From: Hypanus sabinus
Lineage: Eukaryota
Assembly: GCF_030144855.1 (NCBI RefSeq)
Contig: NC_082709.1
Location: 148,800,001-148,864,000 of the forward strand
Length of the DNA: 64,000 nucleotides
Direction of reading: 5' to 3'
The number at the start of each line of letters is the position of its first letter. The first letter of the stretch is position 1. The notes under the pieces are model-generated. The model saw nothing but the letters and a program-made list of their open reading frames with translations, ran no database searches and was not told the DNA's origin. The position numbers were made by a program, and so were the translations under genes. Shown here in pieces: positions 23,830-37,072 of this stretch.

Positions 23830-24790
23830 GTTTGTGGCAATGAATCTCAACCTGTGGCTAAAGAAGTTTTTCCTCATTTCTGTTCTAAATGGATGTCCCT
23901 CGATTCTGAGGCTGTATCCTCTATTCCTAGACTCCTAGAGTTCCTCTCTACAGGAAACTTCTCTCTATATCCACTTTATCTAGACCATTCAATATTCAAT
24001 CCCCAATATTCCTGCTCCCCTCCACCCCAGTGAGTACAGTCCCAGAGCTATTGAACGCGCCTCATATGTTAACTCTTCCATTTCTGAGATCATTCTCATG
24101 AACTTCCTGTGCCAGTACATTTTTTTCTTAGATAAAGGGCTCAAAACTGCTCTCAGTACTCCAAGTGCAGTTCGACCAATGCCTTATTAAGCCTCAGCAT
24201 TACATCCTTGCTTTTGTATTCTAGTCCTCTTGAAATTAATGCTAACATTGCATTAATCTTCCTTACCATTGACTCAACCTGCAAGTTAACCTTCAGGGAA
24301 TCCTGCACAAGGACTTCCAAGTCCCTTTGCACTTCTGATTTTTAAAAACATTTCTCCCCATCTATAAAATGTTCTTGCCCTTATTGCTTGAACCACAGTG
24401 TGCGACCATACACTTCCCTACGTCATATTCCATCTGCCGCTATTTTGCACAATCCCCCAATCTGTCAAAGTCCTTCGGCAGAAACCCTGCTTCCTCAATA
24501 CAACCTGCCGCTCCGCATGACTTGCTCCTCCACCTCTCTTTGTATCATCTGCAAACTTGCCCACAAAGCCATCAGTTCCTTCATCCAAGTAATTGACATA
24601 CAACATGTAAAGAAGCGGTCCCAACACCAACCCCTGCTGCACACCATTAGTCATTGGCAGGCTACCAGAGAAGGCCTCCTTTATTCCAATTCGTTGCCAT
24701 CTGCCAATCTTCTGTCCATGCTAGTACCTTTCCTGTAATACCATGGGCTCTTGTTAAGCAGCATCACGTGTCGCAGGCCTTCTGAAAATT
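23830..24790 (-). mobile_element. CR1 LINE fragment
   Basis: Minus-strand NGVQQGLVLGPLLYMLYVNYLDEG-DGFVGKFADDTKRGG. Confidence 0.88.
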
Positions 24791-24909
24791 CAAGTAAACA
24801 ACATCCACTGACTCTGCTTTCTCTATCCTGCCTGTCACTTTATCAACGAATTCCACTGGAGTTTTGTAAAGCGAGTTTTTAAATCTAGCAGGAGCAAAAC
24901 ATATACGTG

Positions 24910-25210
24910 AATGGCAAGGACCGAGCTCTGTGAGAGGGTTGGGAGACAGATGGCAAAGGAGGAATACCGGGTGCAGGTTCAAACAGACCCAGCCACGGGA
25001 CACCAGGCAAGGTCATTTGATTCCAAACAAACTGGTTTATTAATCATCACAGAATGTCTCTTTGGTGCTTCCTGCTCCCTCCTTCCTCCTTCCTCCCTTC
25101 CCCTTTTCCCAAACATGATTTCCCTCTCCTGCCCCATTACCACTCAGTCCACACTTGAGACCTGTATCAGAATCGGTTTTATCATCAGTCACGCATGTCT
25201 TGATATTTCA
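24910..25210. repeat. Unclassified interspersed repeat embedded in the CR1 cluster
   Basis: Non-CR1 stretch (CAAACAGACCCAGCC...GGTTTATTAATCATCACAG, then a CT-rich tract) ending in a TCAGAATCGGTTTTATC tail-like motif resembling the Rex tails. Confidence 0.35.
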
Positions 25211-26860
25211 TGTGCTTCCATGTACCCTGAAACCTCACCCTCAATAATCGACTCAAACATCTTTTCAACTACTGAAGTCAGGCTAAATGGTCTATAGTTT
25301 CCTTTCTTCTGCCTCCCACTTTTCTTAAAGAGTGGAGTGATATTTGTAATTTTTCTGTCTTCAGGAATTATTCCAGAATCCAGTGATTGTTGAAATATCA
25401 TTACTAATGCCTTCACAATCTCTTTAGCCACCTCTTTCAGAACCCTGGGGTGTACATCATCTGGTCCAGGTAAAAGTTCCAGGTGTCAGGGGTCATGAAG
25501 TGTGTGAAGTTACCATAACTAGAGAGAAGATTCTTGTAAAACTGAAAGATTTGAAAATAAATAAGTCACATGGACCAGACGATATACACCCCAGAGTACT
25601 GAAAGAGGTGACTGAAGAGATCGCAGAGGCATTAGTAATGATCTTTCAAGAATCACTAGATTCTTGAATAGTTCCAGAAGATTGGAAAATTGCAAATGTC
25701 AATCCACTCTTCAAGAAGGGAGAGAGGCAAAAGTTAGTCTGACCTCTGGTTGGGAAGATGTTAGAGTCCATTATTAAGGATGAGGTGTCGGGGTACTTGG
25801 AGGTACATGATAAACTAGGCCGTAGTCAGTATAGTTCGCTAAAGGGAAAATCTCGTTTGACAAATCTGTTGGAATTCTTTGAAGAAGTAACAAGCAGGAT
25901 AATCAAAGGAGAACTGGTTGATGTTGTGTACTTGGAATTTTCAAAAGGCCACTGACAAGGCCACACATGAGGCTGATTAACAAGCTACGAGCCTATGGTA
26001 TTACAGAAAAGACTAGCCTGGATAAAGCAGTGGCGTGTTGCCAGGAGGCAAAGAGTGGGAATAATGGGAGCCTTTTCTGGCTGGCTGCTGGTAACTAGTG
26101 GTGGTCCGCAGGGGTCTGTGTTGGGACAAATTCTTTTCACATTATATGTCAATGATTTAGATGATGGAATTGATGGCTGCAGACGATATGAAGACAGGTG
26201 GAGGGGTAGGTAGTTTTGAGGAAGTAGAGAGGCTACAGAAGGACTTAGACAGATTAGGAGAATGTGCAAAGAAATGGCAGGGAATATAGTGTTGGGAAGT
26301 GTATGGTCATGCACTTTAGTAGAATAAATGAAAGGGTTGATTATTTTTTTAAAGGGAGTTGGGAGTCCTTGTGCACAATTCCTTAAAGCTTAATTTGCAA
26401 GTTGAGTCTGTGGTGAGGAAGGCAAATGTAATGGTAGCATTCATTTCAGGAGGACTAGAAGCAAGGATGCAATGTTGAGACTTTATAAAGCACTGGTGTG
26501 GCCTCACTTGGAGTATTGTAAACAGGTTTGGGCTCCTTATCTTAGAAAGGATTTGCTGAAACTGGGGAGAGTTAAAAGGAGGTTAACGGAAATTATTCCA
26601 GGACTGAAAGGCTTCTCATTGGACAAGTGTTTGGTGGCTGTGGGCCTGTATTCACTAGAATTCAGATGAATGAGGGATGACCTCATTGAAACCTATCCAA
26701 TGGCCTTGATAGAGTTGATGTGGAGAGGATGTTACCAATGGTGGGAGAATCTAAGACCAAAGGACACACCTCAGAATAGAGGGGCGTCCTTTTAGAACGG
26801 AGATGAGGTGGAATTTCTTTAGCCAGAGAGTGGTGAATATACGGAATTTTGCCACAGTGC
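25210..26860. mobile_element. CR1 LINE pieces: minus ~25210-25480, plus ~25530-26860
   Basis: LVMIFQQSLDSGIIPEDRK, GNYRP-SLTSVV-KM-ESII, KGKSRLTNLLEFFEEVT, GPQGSVLGQILFTLYVNDLDDG, LYKALVWPHLEYC. Confidence 0.88.
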
Positions 26861-27859
26861 AGTCTAGACTTGGAGAGGGAGGAAGCAGTGGGAAAGCAAA
26901 CGGTGATATAGGTGGTGACAACACTCAGTGGTAGCTGAGTAAAAATTCTTCAGGATTTGCCCTGAGGTGTTAAGTTTCCGAAGGTGGTGCAGGAAGAAAA
27001 AGCTCTGCCAGTCAGTGTAATCTGCTTGTCTCGCTTCATCATATCAGTAATGGTTGTCCCCAGGAATTGGAATGACTCAACCAGTCACAACCTGACCTTT
27101 AATTTCAAGGGGGGGGGGTGTGCAGGTGGGGGTTTTGTCTTTACAAACTCCTGATTACTTGCTCAAATGTGACTAAAAACCACTCAAAATGATGTTAAAT
27201 GGTGAGTTTGGACCTTTAAGACTATTTCATCTAGTGTTCATGTAGTATAGTTTTAAAACCAAGTCATCATTGTTTATGAAGTGTGTTTTAAAATGTACTT
27301 TGTTTCACCTCTAAATTTAACTGCATCCTAGATTGAATTCATCACTATTTTATCATTTTTCATTTCACCTAATCATGCTCAGTTGCAGACCTGCACTGAG
27401 ACTTCCACATGAGGCTGCAGATTATTTCATGTCTGGCCATCAAACGCCAATGTAACTGGGGGATGGTTCTGTGAATTTTATACAGTGATTAAAATAGAGT
27501 GATACAATACATTTGACAGATTTGATAACCTGATTAGGAATTTGTGGTAAAGGTGTTTTCAGTTTTGTTAACAAAACCACTCTTCAAAACGTTGCCATTA
27601 CGTTCTTGTAAAGACACTGGCATTTTTATACATATATACAATGCTGGGCATTTCAATTTGATCAGAGATGTAAAACAAACTGTCCAAATCAGAATATAAT
27701 CTTCCCTGATTGTAAATTGGTGGCAAAGTAAAAGTTTTATTCCATGATTTTGCTGTAATAATGTAAGAACACCAAATCCTGTTGTGTCCAACCTCATGAT
27801 ATGTAGTCTACTGTATAATTATGAAGTACTCCAAATTATTAGAAAGTAGCAATGGCATA

Positions 27860-28627
27860 CAGTTGGCATTTCTTGCGCGGATTCAATCAACCGCAGATCG
27901 GGAAAACCCGGAAGTTCACTCTCCAGCACTTGTTGTTCGAGCANNNNNNNNNNNNNNNNNNNNNNNNNNNNNNNNNNNNNNNNNNNNNNNNNNNNNNNNN
28001 NNNNNNNNNNNNNNNNNNNNNNNNNNNNNNNNNNNNNNNNNNNNNNNNNNNNNNNNNNNNNNNNNNNNNNNNNNNNNNNNNNNNNNNNNGGAATAAAAAA
28101 AGCAAAAGTTCTCTAGTCGGAACAGGTACGTCTGGTGTTATTTAGCGTCAGTTATTCAAATGTTTGTCTTGGTATATAGTATGTATTTTGCCTTTCTATG
28201 CCTATATAACGCTTAAGAAACATATGTATTTCAATAATTGAACCACTGCGTTGCTTAGTAATAATTGTAGCTTTCATTGGGGCAGGGCCTTCACATACTC
28301 CGTTATTCTCACTTTATCCTTTAAAATTGTTCCAATCATTGACCAACTGTAGCCTAACACTTTTCCAATGACTGATGGCATTTAACCTCTTTCCGATCGC
28401 TTTTTAAATTCCACTTTATTTTCAATTGTTTTCCGTCAATGGAACAGAAACACTGCGGGCGGTCGGTCCCGAGCACCGCCAGGTCCTAAATCCACAGCAC
28501 TGAGACAGGTTAAGTAAGTTCCAGAGCTCCACCAGATCCTGAAGTCAACCAGCTTGAGCATCCATGTTTTTTGGTATCCACAGGGGGGGTCCTGGAACCA
28601 ATCCCCTGCGGATAAGGAGGGCCAACT
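27860..28627. mobile_element. Tigger/pogo-type non-autonomous DNA transposon spanning the gap
   Basis: Left end TA|CAGTTGGC (TIR partly deleted). Right end CCCTGCGGATAAGGAGGGCCAACT (reverse complement AGTTGGCCCTCCTTATCCGCAGGG). Confidence 0.65.
27944..28089. other. Assembly gap (146 N)
   Basis: Run of N seen directly in the sequence. Confidence 0.99.
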
Positions 28628-29007
28628 ATTGGACAACCACTCCTATGGTTATCCATGCAGGAGGAACTAGCAGTGTTGATTTTCTTTAATAGCCTGAGGC
28701 TCACGTAATGATGGACTAAATTATTTCCTGTAAATTGTACTCAGCTTGAGACAACTGTCTAGTCCTGTTGTCTGAGCAATTCTGTGTACTCGAGTAATGT
28801 CTTTTTTGATGCTTAGATTGACGTATTGACTGTCAATAGCAGCTCTAATGCTATCTCCAAGGATTACATTTGCCAGACAACCTTGCAAAAACAAAAGTAA
28901 AATTTATGCATTTACTCAATATTTTATCTCATTCTGGTAAATGTTGCTTGAGGCTGGGTGCATTGAACACAATATTACAGTTTTAAATGTTAGCTCTAGA
29001 TGGGTGG

Positions 29008-29330
29008 GTGCCATGGTAGCATAGCAGTTAGCAGAATTGCTTTACAGCACCAGCAATCACCACCCGCGGTTCGATTCCTGCTGTCTATAAGGAGTTTGTG
29101 TGTCTCCCTGTGACTGTGTGGGCTTCCTCTAGGTCACTGCCCCCCACCCCCATTCATGAAGATTTACAGTTAGGGTTAATGAGTTGCAGGCATGCGTGTT
29201 TGTGCTGGAGAGGTTTGTTTGTGACACTCGTGGGCTGGCCCCAGCACAATCCTTGGAATGTGTTGGTTATTGACACAGAAACGATGTATGTTTCGATATA
29301 TGTGTGACAAATAAGGCTAATCTTAATCTA
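29008..29330 (+). mobile_element. tRNA-headed SINE (HE1/V-SINE-like)
   Basis: A-box-like TGGTAGCATAGCAGTTAG, B box GGTTCGATTCC (29068-29078), GTGACTGTGTGGGCTTCCTC core, and tail AATAAGGCTAATCTTAATCT. Confidence 0.75.
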
Positions 29331-31379
29331 ATTCCTAGTGTTTGTGCAGGCACTAATCTGTATCCGATGCTGGAGTGTGCATCACTAAAGCATTGGGGAG
29401 ATCTTCCATTTCCATTCCCATTCCCATTCCCTATGACACCAAGCTTCCTCCCTTCATTATTGTTGGCATGATGATGTCTGTCTTTATTGTTCCTCCATGA
29501 TGATTCAGGCCACTATTTCAAACTTTGTATGTCAAATATCTGTGGAATATTCGACGGCAGGAGCCATTGCATTGTTTATGGCCAATGCTATAAAGCGGTA
29601 CTTCCCAGCAATCATCATTGGTTGGAAATTGGAAGGACATCCTCCCCCCACCCCCAGCTCCTGCCCTAGTCACAGATTTATCAGATTCATGCCTCTGTAA
29701 CTGAAAGACCAGGTGATGATTTACACCTTTGGTTAAGTAGATGCTCACACTGAAAAGCTGAAAAGGAGTTTGCTGATCTCAAATGGGCACCAGCTGGGTC
29801 CTATATAACCTTTTAAATCCAAACAAAGGAAGTCCACAAAATAGCGAGCAACTCCCCCGCAGTGCTTACAGATCAATATCAATCGAGGTTGTTCCGCCTC
29901 AGCTGTGGAGCCTTTAGGACTGAACAGCCTGCTGGCATTCATTGTCAAGTGTGACACAGTATTGGAAAGCGGCCAACAGCTTTATAACTGCCCCAGTCTA
30001 GAGTCAAATGCCTTCATGGATGAGGTGATTAACAAAAGAAGTATTGAAGCTCCTCTTTGCTCTCAGAATTCATGTACTGCATTTATCCACAGAGACATCA
30101 AAGAAATGTCTCTGCCAGGAATAACACTATCTTTTGGAATATTCATAGTATTCGCACATCAGTCAGTGTCTGATAAGGCTCTTATTCCAGTCAGTCTCTC
30201 TGTTATTCAACTCCTACATTTGACCCTTGACTAGGTCAATCCTCACACAGCCTAACAAGGTGCCATTTTGGCATATTTAAATCAATATTTCAGTAATAAT
30301 TATTTAGCAAAGAAATCTCATTTTTTGCCAAGTGCCGCAAATTTCTGAATTTGGGTGTTTAAGTCTACAGAGTGGAAGGTAAATCTTATTCTTGGAATGA
30401 AAGTTGAGTCGCTATGGGAGTGCAGCAGAGAAATCCAATCCTTCTCGTTGTCCTAGGCTCAGCAGTTTAATTCAAACCCATCTGTCGTTAAAGGGAGAGG
30501 AGCCTGTATTTTCCTGTCAGTAGTAGTTTAATCCTAGCAGAGATCCATGTGGAAAAAAAACTATTGTGCTGTTCTGATGAAGCAAATGCACCTAAAGTAT
30601 TAGCCTGTCTTCCTTACAGATGCTGACTCAGCATTACTGGATAGCCAACATTTTCTGCTTTTATTTCAGGTTTACAGTTTTTATTCTTGTATACTTATTA
30701 AGAATGGCAATCTGTGTGAGTCACAACATTGGAGTTACCATTTCTGTTGCTGGTGATTTTTAAAAATTGACAGTCCAATTATGTCAAGAGCTGAATTAAT
30801 GTGCGATTAATTTGATTCACAAGTCACCCAGGTATAGCAATTTAGAATGGGAAAAGGTCACTTAGTCTCTCACGTCTCTTAAGTCTCTTTCACTGTTGTG
30901 TCTGATTATGGCCTTCACTTCTCTGCCAATGGTCCACCAGGGCCAAACTTTCTAATTGTTAAGTGGTAAGAGTGAAAAATAGCTGTGGCAGCTGTCCATT
31001 TTACTCCCTTGATGACCACAAAAAAAATTATTTTTGAATTTGTCACTGGCTGTTGGAAGATGCTGTAATCTCCTGTACTATTTGTCAGATAGCATTGGCA
31101 GGCAGTGCTCTCCAACAGATGTCTATCCTCGACAGTTGCCCGCAGCGATTATGTTCAAAAAGTGTCTCATCACAGGCAGCCCTCAGTGTAAATCAAGGTA
31201 CATCTGCCAAACCCTGTCCCAAGGTTAAAACCTTCTCTTTCTTGATACTGATTGCCATCTCACATTTTCTATCATTTCAGCAAAACATATTTTGAGGCAA
31301 AATACAGATGCAATAAACTAGTTTGTGTGCTGAACCAAAAGACCCCAAGACAAATGAGGTGAAGAATTAGCTGCTTCCT

Positions 31380-31970
31380 CCCCCCCATCAACATCAAGTC
31401 TACCTCATCATTCCATCATGGCTGATTTTTATATTCCTCTGAACTCCATTCTCTTGTCTTCTTGTAACCTTTGATACCCTTACTAATCAAGAACCTATCA
31501 ACCTCCGCTTTAAATATACCCAATTACTTGGCCTCCACAGCCATCTACAGTAATGAATTCTATAAATTCACCACCCTCTGGCTAAAGGAAGTCCTAGTCA
31601 TCTCCCTTCAAAAGGACTTCCTTCTATTCTGAGGCTGTGCCCTCTGGTCCTAGACTCTCATTAATTTAAACATCCTTTTCATGTCCATTCTATCTTGGCC
31701 TTCCAATACTCAGTTCGTTATAATGAAATTGTTTCCCCTCCCTCACCCCACATTCTTCTAAACTTCAGTGAGTACAAGGCCCAATCCATCAAACACTCCT
31801 CATATATTAACCATTTCATTCCTGGGATCATTCTTGTAAACCTCCCCTGGACCTTCTCCAATGCCAGCACATCCTTTATTAGATATATGGCCCAAGACTG
31901 TTCACTCCAAATATGGTCTAACCAATGCCTTATAAAGTCTCGACATCCTTGCTTTTCTATTCTAGTCCAC
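31380..31970 (-). mobile_element. CR1 LINE 3' end
   Basis: Antisense CR1 3' end (TAATCAAGAACCTATCAACCTCCGCTTTAAATATACCC...CATTCCTGGGATCATTCTTGTAAACCTCC). Confidence 0.85.
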
Positions 31971-33929
31971 CTCCTCCGTTAGTATCAGTACAAACATTTA
32001 AATAGATGTGTCAGAACCTGTGTAGTTCTCTACTCCATTATCTCATTCTATTGGCTGTTTGTGATGCAGGCTTGGTTGATTACAGTCAGGACAGTGTGTG
32101 GGAGGTTGCCGATGGATCTCTGCAGCAGGGCAGAGTAATGTGATGGTAACTATAGGGGAGGAGTACAGATCGGGCTCTGTAACAGAGAGCATTGTGGGTC
32201 TGGGCACCATCTTGAGAAGGCAGATAGAAAGCTCAGGGCTGATGGTAGGATGCATGAGGGAAGAAAGGATGGCTTTGTACAATGTTTTGGGGAGTGTGTG
32301 TGTGTGTATGTTACTTAAAAAGGATCAGTTGTGCTATTTGAGTATTTTTAAAACTTTCTGGGTATTAGTTTTGTTCAGTGCAAGAATGATAGAATACATG
32401 ATTTGCAAGTTCAGGTCTAGCACAGGAGTCATTGTGTTCTAAATAAAAGGTGAAACTAGACTCCCTCCCTCGTGCACATGCATAGACATTAAGGCACTGC
32501 AGTGGTCCAGTTACAGCAAGATCTGTTTCCTAACCCAACAAACCTGGTTGCAATTAAAGAGCCGGTGATCGGCCTCATTATTTAAATAATGAATTCCCAC
32601 TGCCGAAGGAGGAACTGAGTAACTAATGGAGGAACCAATTACCAACACGTTCTAAATGCTGGAACTGGTGTGGAGAACGTGCAGCTGGGAACAAAAGTGA
32701 AACAAGGAATTGAGCCCACCTGAAGTGTGAAGTTTGTGGGTGGTTATTGCTGTCACCTGCTGGAGGGAGCAGTCAGTATGCATTCATTTCTAACATTTCA
32801 GAGAGGATTAGATAGCTACATGGATGAGAGGGATTTGGAAGCATATGGTCCAGGTGCAGGTAGATGGGGACTGGCAGGAGATCATGTAGGCATGCACTAG
32901 ATGGGCTGAAGGGCCTGTTTTATGCTGTAGTACTCTGACATATACAGATGGTTGGATTGCACATGTTAGGGTTGTACTAAACTGCTGCTTATCTTTATTG
33001 TAAATTGATTTAAAAATCCATTGAAACTTGTAACCAGCTGGAACGTACAATACTGAATAATGTCCCTGTGGACTTCGTAATTACTTTGAAACTCCAGCTT
33101 TTTTGAACTCATTAAAAACTATTTTTGGGTTTGAACTAGACAATCAGCCCTGTGTTTTTTCAGAGAATGATTTCAAATCCTTTTAAATTTATTTGTTATA
33201 AATTAATAGGTTAAGGAGTAAGTGCCATTGTCAGCATCTGTAGAGATTAACTGTAATTTATTTAATGCCATCAACCCAGTTGGCAGCATTTTCTCTGATG
33301 GTTTATGGGCAGAAGCAGCTTTGCTGTTCATTTGGCAACGGTAGCCCCAAGCAGTATCCAGAGTGAGCAGTTCTATGCTACAAGAGAAATGAATCACTAA
33401 AGAGACACATCTTGTGTAGTTCCATGTTTGAATCTCTCGAATTGGGTTACCAGCTATGCCGTTACACAGCACGGCTTCAAGCTTCATTGTTGTATTTGTC
33501 CATTGCCTTCAATAACCACAGCAACTTCCATGCCCTCTCAGAGGAGGGATTGATCTCCTCTGCTCCCATTCTGCCCACTCATTTGTAGCCACCTGTGTCC
33601 ATTTCTGTTCCATCTAATAATCCTCCCTTCCTCCTCCTCAAATTACCCTCGATTCCCTCCTGCTTCGTGTCTACACACATGTCTTCAATAAAATTAAGGT
33701 TCTCAGTCATCATTCTATATCAAGCAGTAGTGAATCAAGACAGCTGTTCTTGCTGAGCTCTCTCGAAGACATTTCGCTACTCTTTGGTTCTGATCCACGG
33801 TGCGTAGTTTTCCAGCTGATAAGCTCTGTGAGCTATTTAAAGGTATAGCAATCACATGAGGGTCGTTAGGAGTCATAGAGGTAATGAGGGGGCCAATTAG
33901 TCTTATCCTCAAGAAAGCATCCTGAGCAC

Positions 33930-34030
33930 GCAGGGGAACCCCACACAGTTACAGGGGGAGCATGAAAACTCTACTCAGGCATCAGCCAAGTTCAGGAGCT
34001 GTGAGTCCCTGGTGCACCAATCCACTGCCC
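33930..34030 (-). mobile_element. SINE fragment (HE1/V-SINE-like)
   Basis: GGAACCCCACACAGTTACAGGGGGAGCATGAAAACTC, the reverse of the SINE core at 29008. Confidence 0.45.
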
Positions 34031-36283
34031 ATCTGCAAACTATGGTGAAAGGGTTTGAAAGCTGCAATTGTGAGATTCAGTTCAGTGTCTTTGGTGTATT
34101 ACATATCCTTTTGAGGGTTTTCATGGAGGATCAGTGAGCAGATATGAAATGGGAGGGATGGCTCCTACAGGTGGTGAGATATTAGATGGAACAGGAATCA
34201 GAAGCAGATGAAGTCTGTCTTGATTACTGAATGAATTGCAGGTGATACAGTCACATGGAGAATGTGCTGGCAGTCCCAGCAGTGAATTGAATTGAAGATG
34301 CCTTTTCCATAACTTTCTTATCATACACTTTACCAGGACCCTGAAGACCCACACTCAGTAGTCCAGGCACATCTCCTCATTTGTATCCTAGCAGCATTTA
34401 ATACTATTTACATATTTTATGTTATTGTAATTTTATCTCAAGCACAGTACTGCTGCCACAAAACAAACTTCCTGTTATGTAAGACAGTGATAATAAATCT
34501 GATTCTGTCCTGGCAGCCTTGCATGTTTCTTTGTCAGATTGTGTTCCTTCAGACATTGTCATTCTTGACTAAACAAGCATGGGCTCTCCACCCCAGTGGT
34601 CATAGCTTTATATTGACTCTTTCACCAGGTGCACTCAGATCTTTGCTGTCTTACAGTTTTTTTTTAATTACTTGGTTATATGACACTATACTTTTAGCTA
34701 CATGGGTCTAAAGTTCTGAAATATTTCTTCCTTGTAGTTTCCTCCTCTTCATCCTCCTGTGCAGCACTCAGAACATTCTGTATTCCATTCTTTACATTTC
34801 TCAGTGTCAGATGTTTGATAATCACCTTGAAATGTTTTATGTTAAAAGCATTGTTCAAGTACAAATTGTGTGCTGGTGTTGCACTACAACATGTGCGCAC
34901 ATTTTGTTTTTCTTGAACTATTTCAGGCAGGGAGAGAGATGGAACTCATCAGAGAGACCAGAGGAAGTTTACATCTCCCAACTACTGAGAGGCTGGAAGC
35001 ATCCATGTTATCTTTTGGTCCTTTGTTAACAGCATCAACCAATAAGAAGGTTAAAGCATAATTTTGTTTTTTACCCCCACCATGTTCTTGATTTTTGTTT
35101 GAGTGCTTTTCTCAACTCCTTGTCTGGTTCTTGGTAATTCAACTGGAAATTATGCATTTTATGCAGCTTTTAGAACTGCGCTTTTGAGAGGCAACATTCT
35201 GAACACATTGGGATGAAATGGATTTGTAACCTTGGCATTTCTAAGCAGGATAGAGTAAACAATTAAAGTTGTTAAATTGGAGGGAGGAAATGTAACCAGT
35301 CTTCAAGCTAACAAAGTCAGCCTACTGCGAGGCACAATCTGAGTGTGTCAGCAGGATGATAGTCCGCGCCCCCTTGTGATTATTTACAGAAATGTAAAAG
35401 AGAGAAACCAATGAGTGATAACATGCCTTTTAAGATTTACTGTTCATTGGCTCAAGGTGCCATGCTATAAGAAAAGCAAAACAGCAGATGACAGAACTCT
35501 GAAGTAAATGCAGGAAATGTTCGGGCAGTCAGGTAGCATCTGTAGTGAGTAAAGGGGAGTCAATGTTTCAGATCAGTGATTTAAAAGCTTGTTGCATGGG
35601 GCACTACAGGGTTGGTGTCTGACATCACAAAGACCATTTTTGCTACAAGGTTCACTACAATATAATTTGGTGGCACTCAAAGCAGCAAATTTTATTGAAT
35701 GGCTTGTAGACACTTCCCTGTAAGCTGTCAGTGTGGAGCACATTGAAGGAAATCTGCAGGGAGGAGAATCCGCAAATGGGATTTGCAAGCCTCGTAGCAG
35801 CTGGGATGGGGAGAGGAGGTGGTGAGCGGTGGCACTGGAAGTAGTCTTTCTTTTTGGAGTCTATGGGTGATGGTTCATAGAGATGAGAGGACAGTAGAGG
35901 GGTTGGAAGGGATTGTCAGATTGGGCCAAGTGGGAGAGGGGTGATTGGAGAGGGGAGGTGTTCAGCTAAGGTTTGTCAGGTTGGGTCAGGGTGGATGTTA
36001 GACTTCCCAAGAGAGGGCAGTAGGTGATAAAATGTGAAGGAAACGCATTTGTTATGCGTCATTCTGAAGTTATGACATTATGGATAGTATAATTATAGAT
36101 GAAATAAAATGAGAGGTTGTCTTCTGGAAATAAAGCCTATACACCTCGTAACTTCTAGCTGATACCTTAGTGACGAGTGAAACAAATCATTGGGTGTGGA
36201 ACATTCTGATTCTGCCCCATTGAAGATACTTGGGGAAGACAATTGATGAATGTTCCTGCTACTAGCACATTGAAAAAGGTGCA

Positions 36284-37072
36284 CAGTGGATTTTAGTTAA
36301 TCGGGACCAGTACATTTTGGCCCATTTAAGTGGCTGCCCCAATAAGCCGAAGTTTCATTAACTAGTTAAAAAAGTATATAAAAAAGAAAAAGCTGAGTAA
36401 CAAATCACGTGTTTAAATGAAATACAGAATAAATTAGAACACTATCAATACTTCTACAGTACTATAGAACTGTATTAGTTCCAAATAGTAATCGATAGAG
36501 GAATTCATCCAGTGTATGTAATGAACAGATTCAGCACAGACACCTACCATAGACAATGGACTACATTCATACAATGCTATCAAGATCTGCATCTTCCAAA
36601 TTTTATTTTTCATTGTAACATTCAAAATAATTGTTGATACCTTCAAATTCTTTGTAGTTCCTAACTTATTGTAGTGAAATCATTTCATTTTCACTCTTCT
36701 TTCTGACATCTCCAAGCATGAAGCCATGAAACAGCGGTGAGTAAAACAGTTCTTTCTTGTCTTGCTGCTTATTTCTCGCCAACTATCAGTGACAAAAATC
36801 ACTGCTTTTTGAACATAAACACACACAACTGATGCCACTTAAAATCTGTTTGTTCTAAACACGGCATAACAGCGAGCGGTCACACAAGTGTATGTGACTG
36901 ACACTAATTAGAACCTGTTCAGCAAAAGTAATCTGCCGCAATTAAACAATTAAGCAACTTAGTGTCCCGCATAAATAAAAGAAATCCTCGATTAGTTTCT
37001 GTTCTTTAAATGTTGTCCCAAATAACTATCTACCCCCAGTTGGCCGATGGCCCAATTAACTGGAATCCACTA
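36284..37072. mobile_element. Tigger/pogo-type non-autonomous DNA transposon (~790 bp)
   Basis: Left end CAGTGGATTTTAGTTAATCGGG; right end CCCAATTAACTGGAATCCACTA|TA (reverse complement TAGTGGATTCCAGTTAATTGGG). Confidence 0.75.

Noticed and set aside
29008-29080. tRNA-like A/B boxes (also 44606-44680)
   Set aside because: No cloverleaf or anticodon arm; they continue into SINE core sequence, so they are SINE heads and not tRNA genes.
30640-30680. TTTTCTGCTTTTATTTCAG|GT as a recursive splice site in the long intron
   Set aside because: The acceptor-like tract is the standard Penelope tail and the following GTTTAC is a poor donor.
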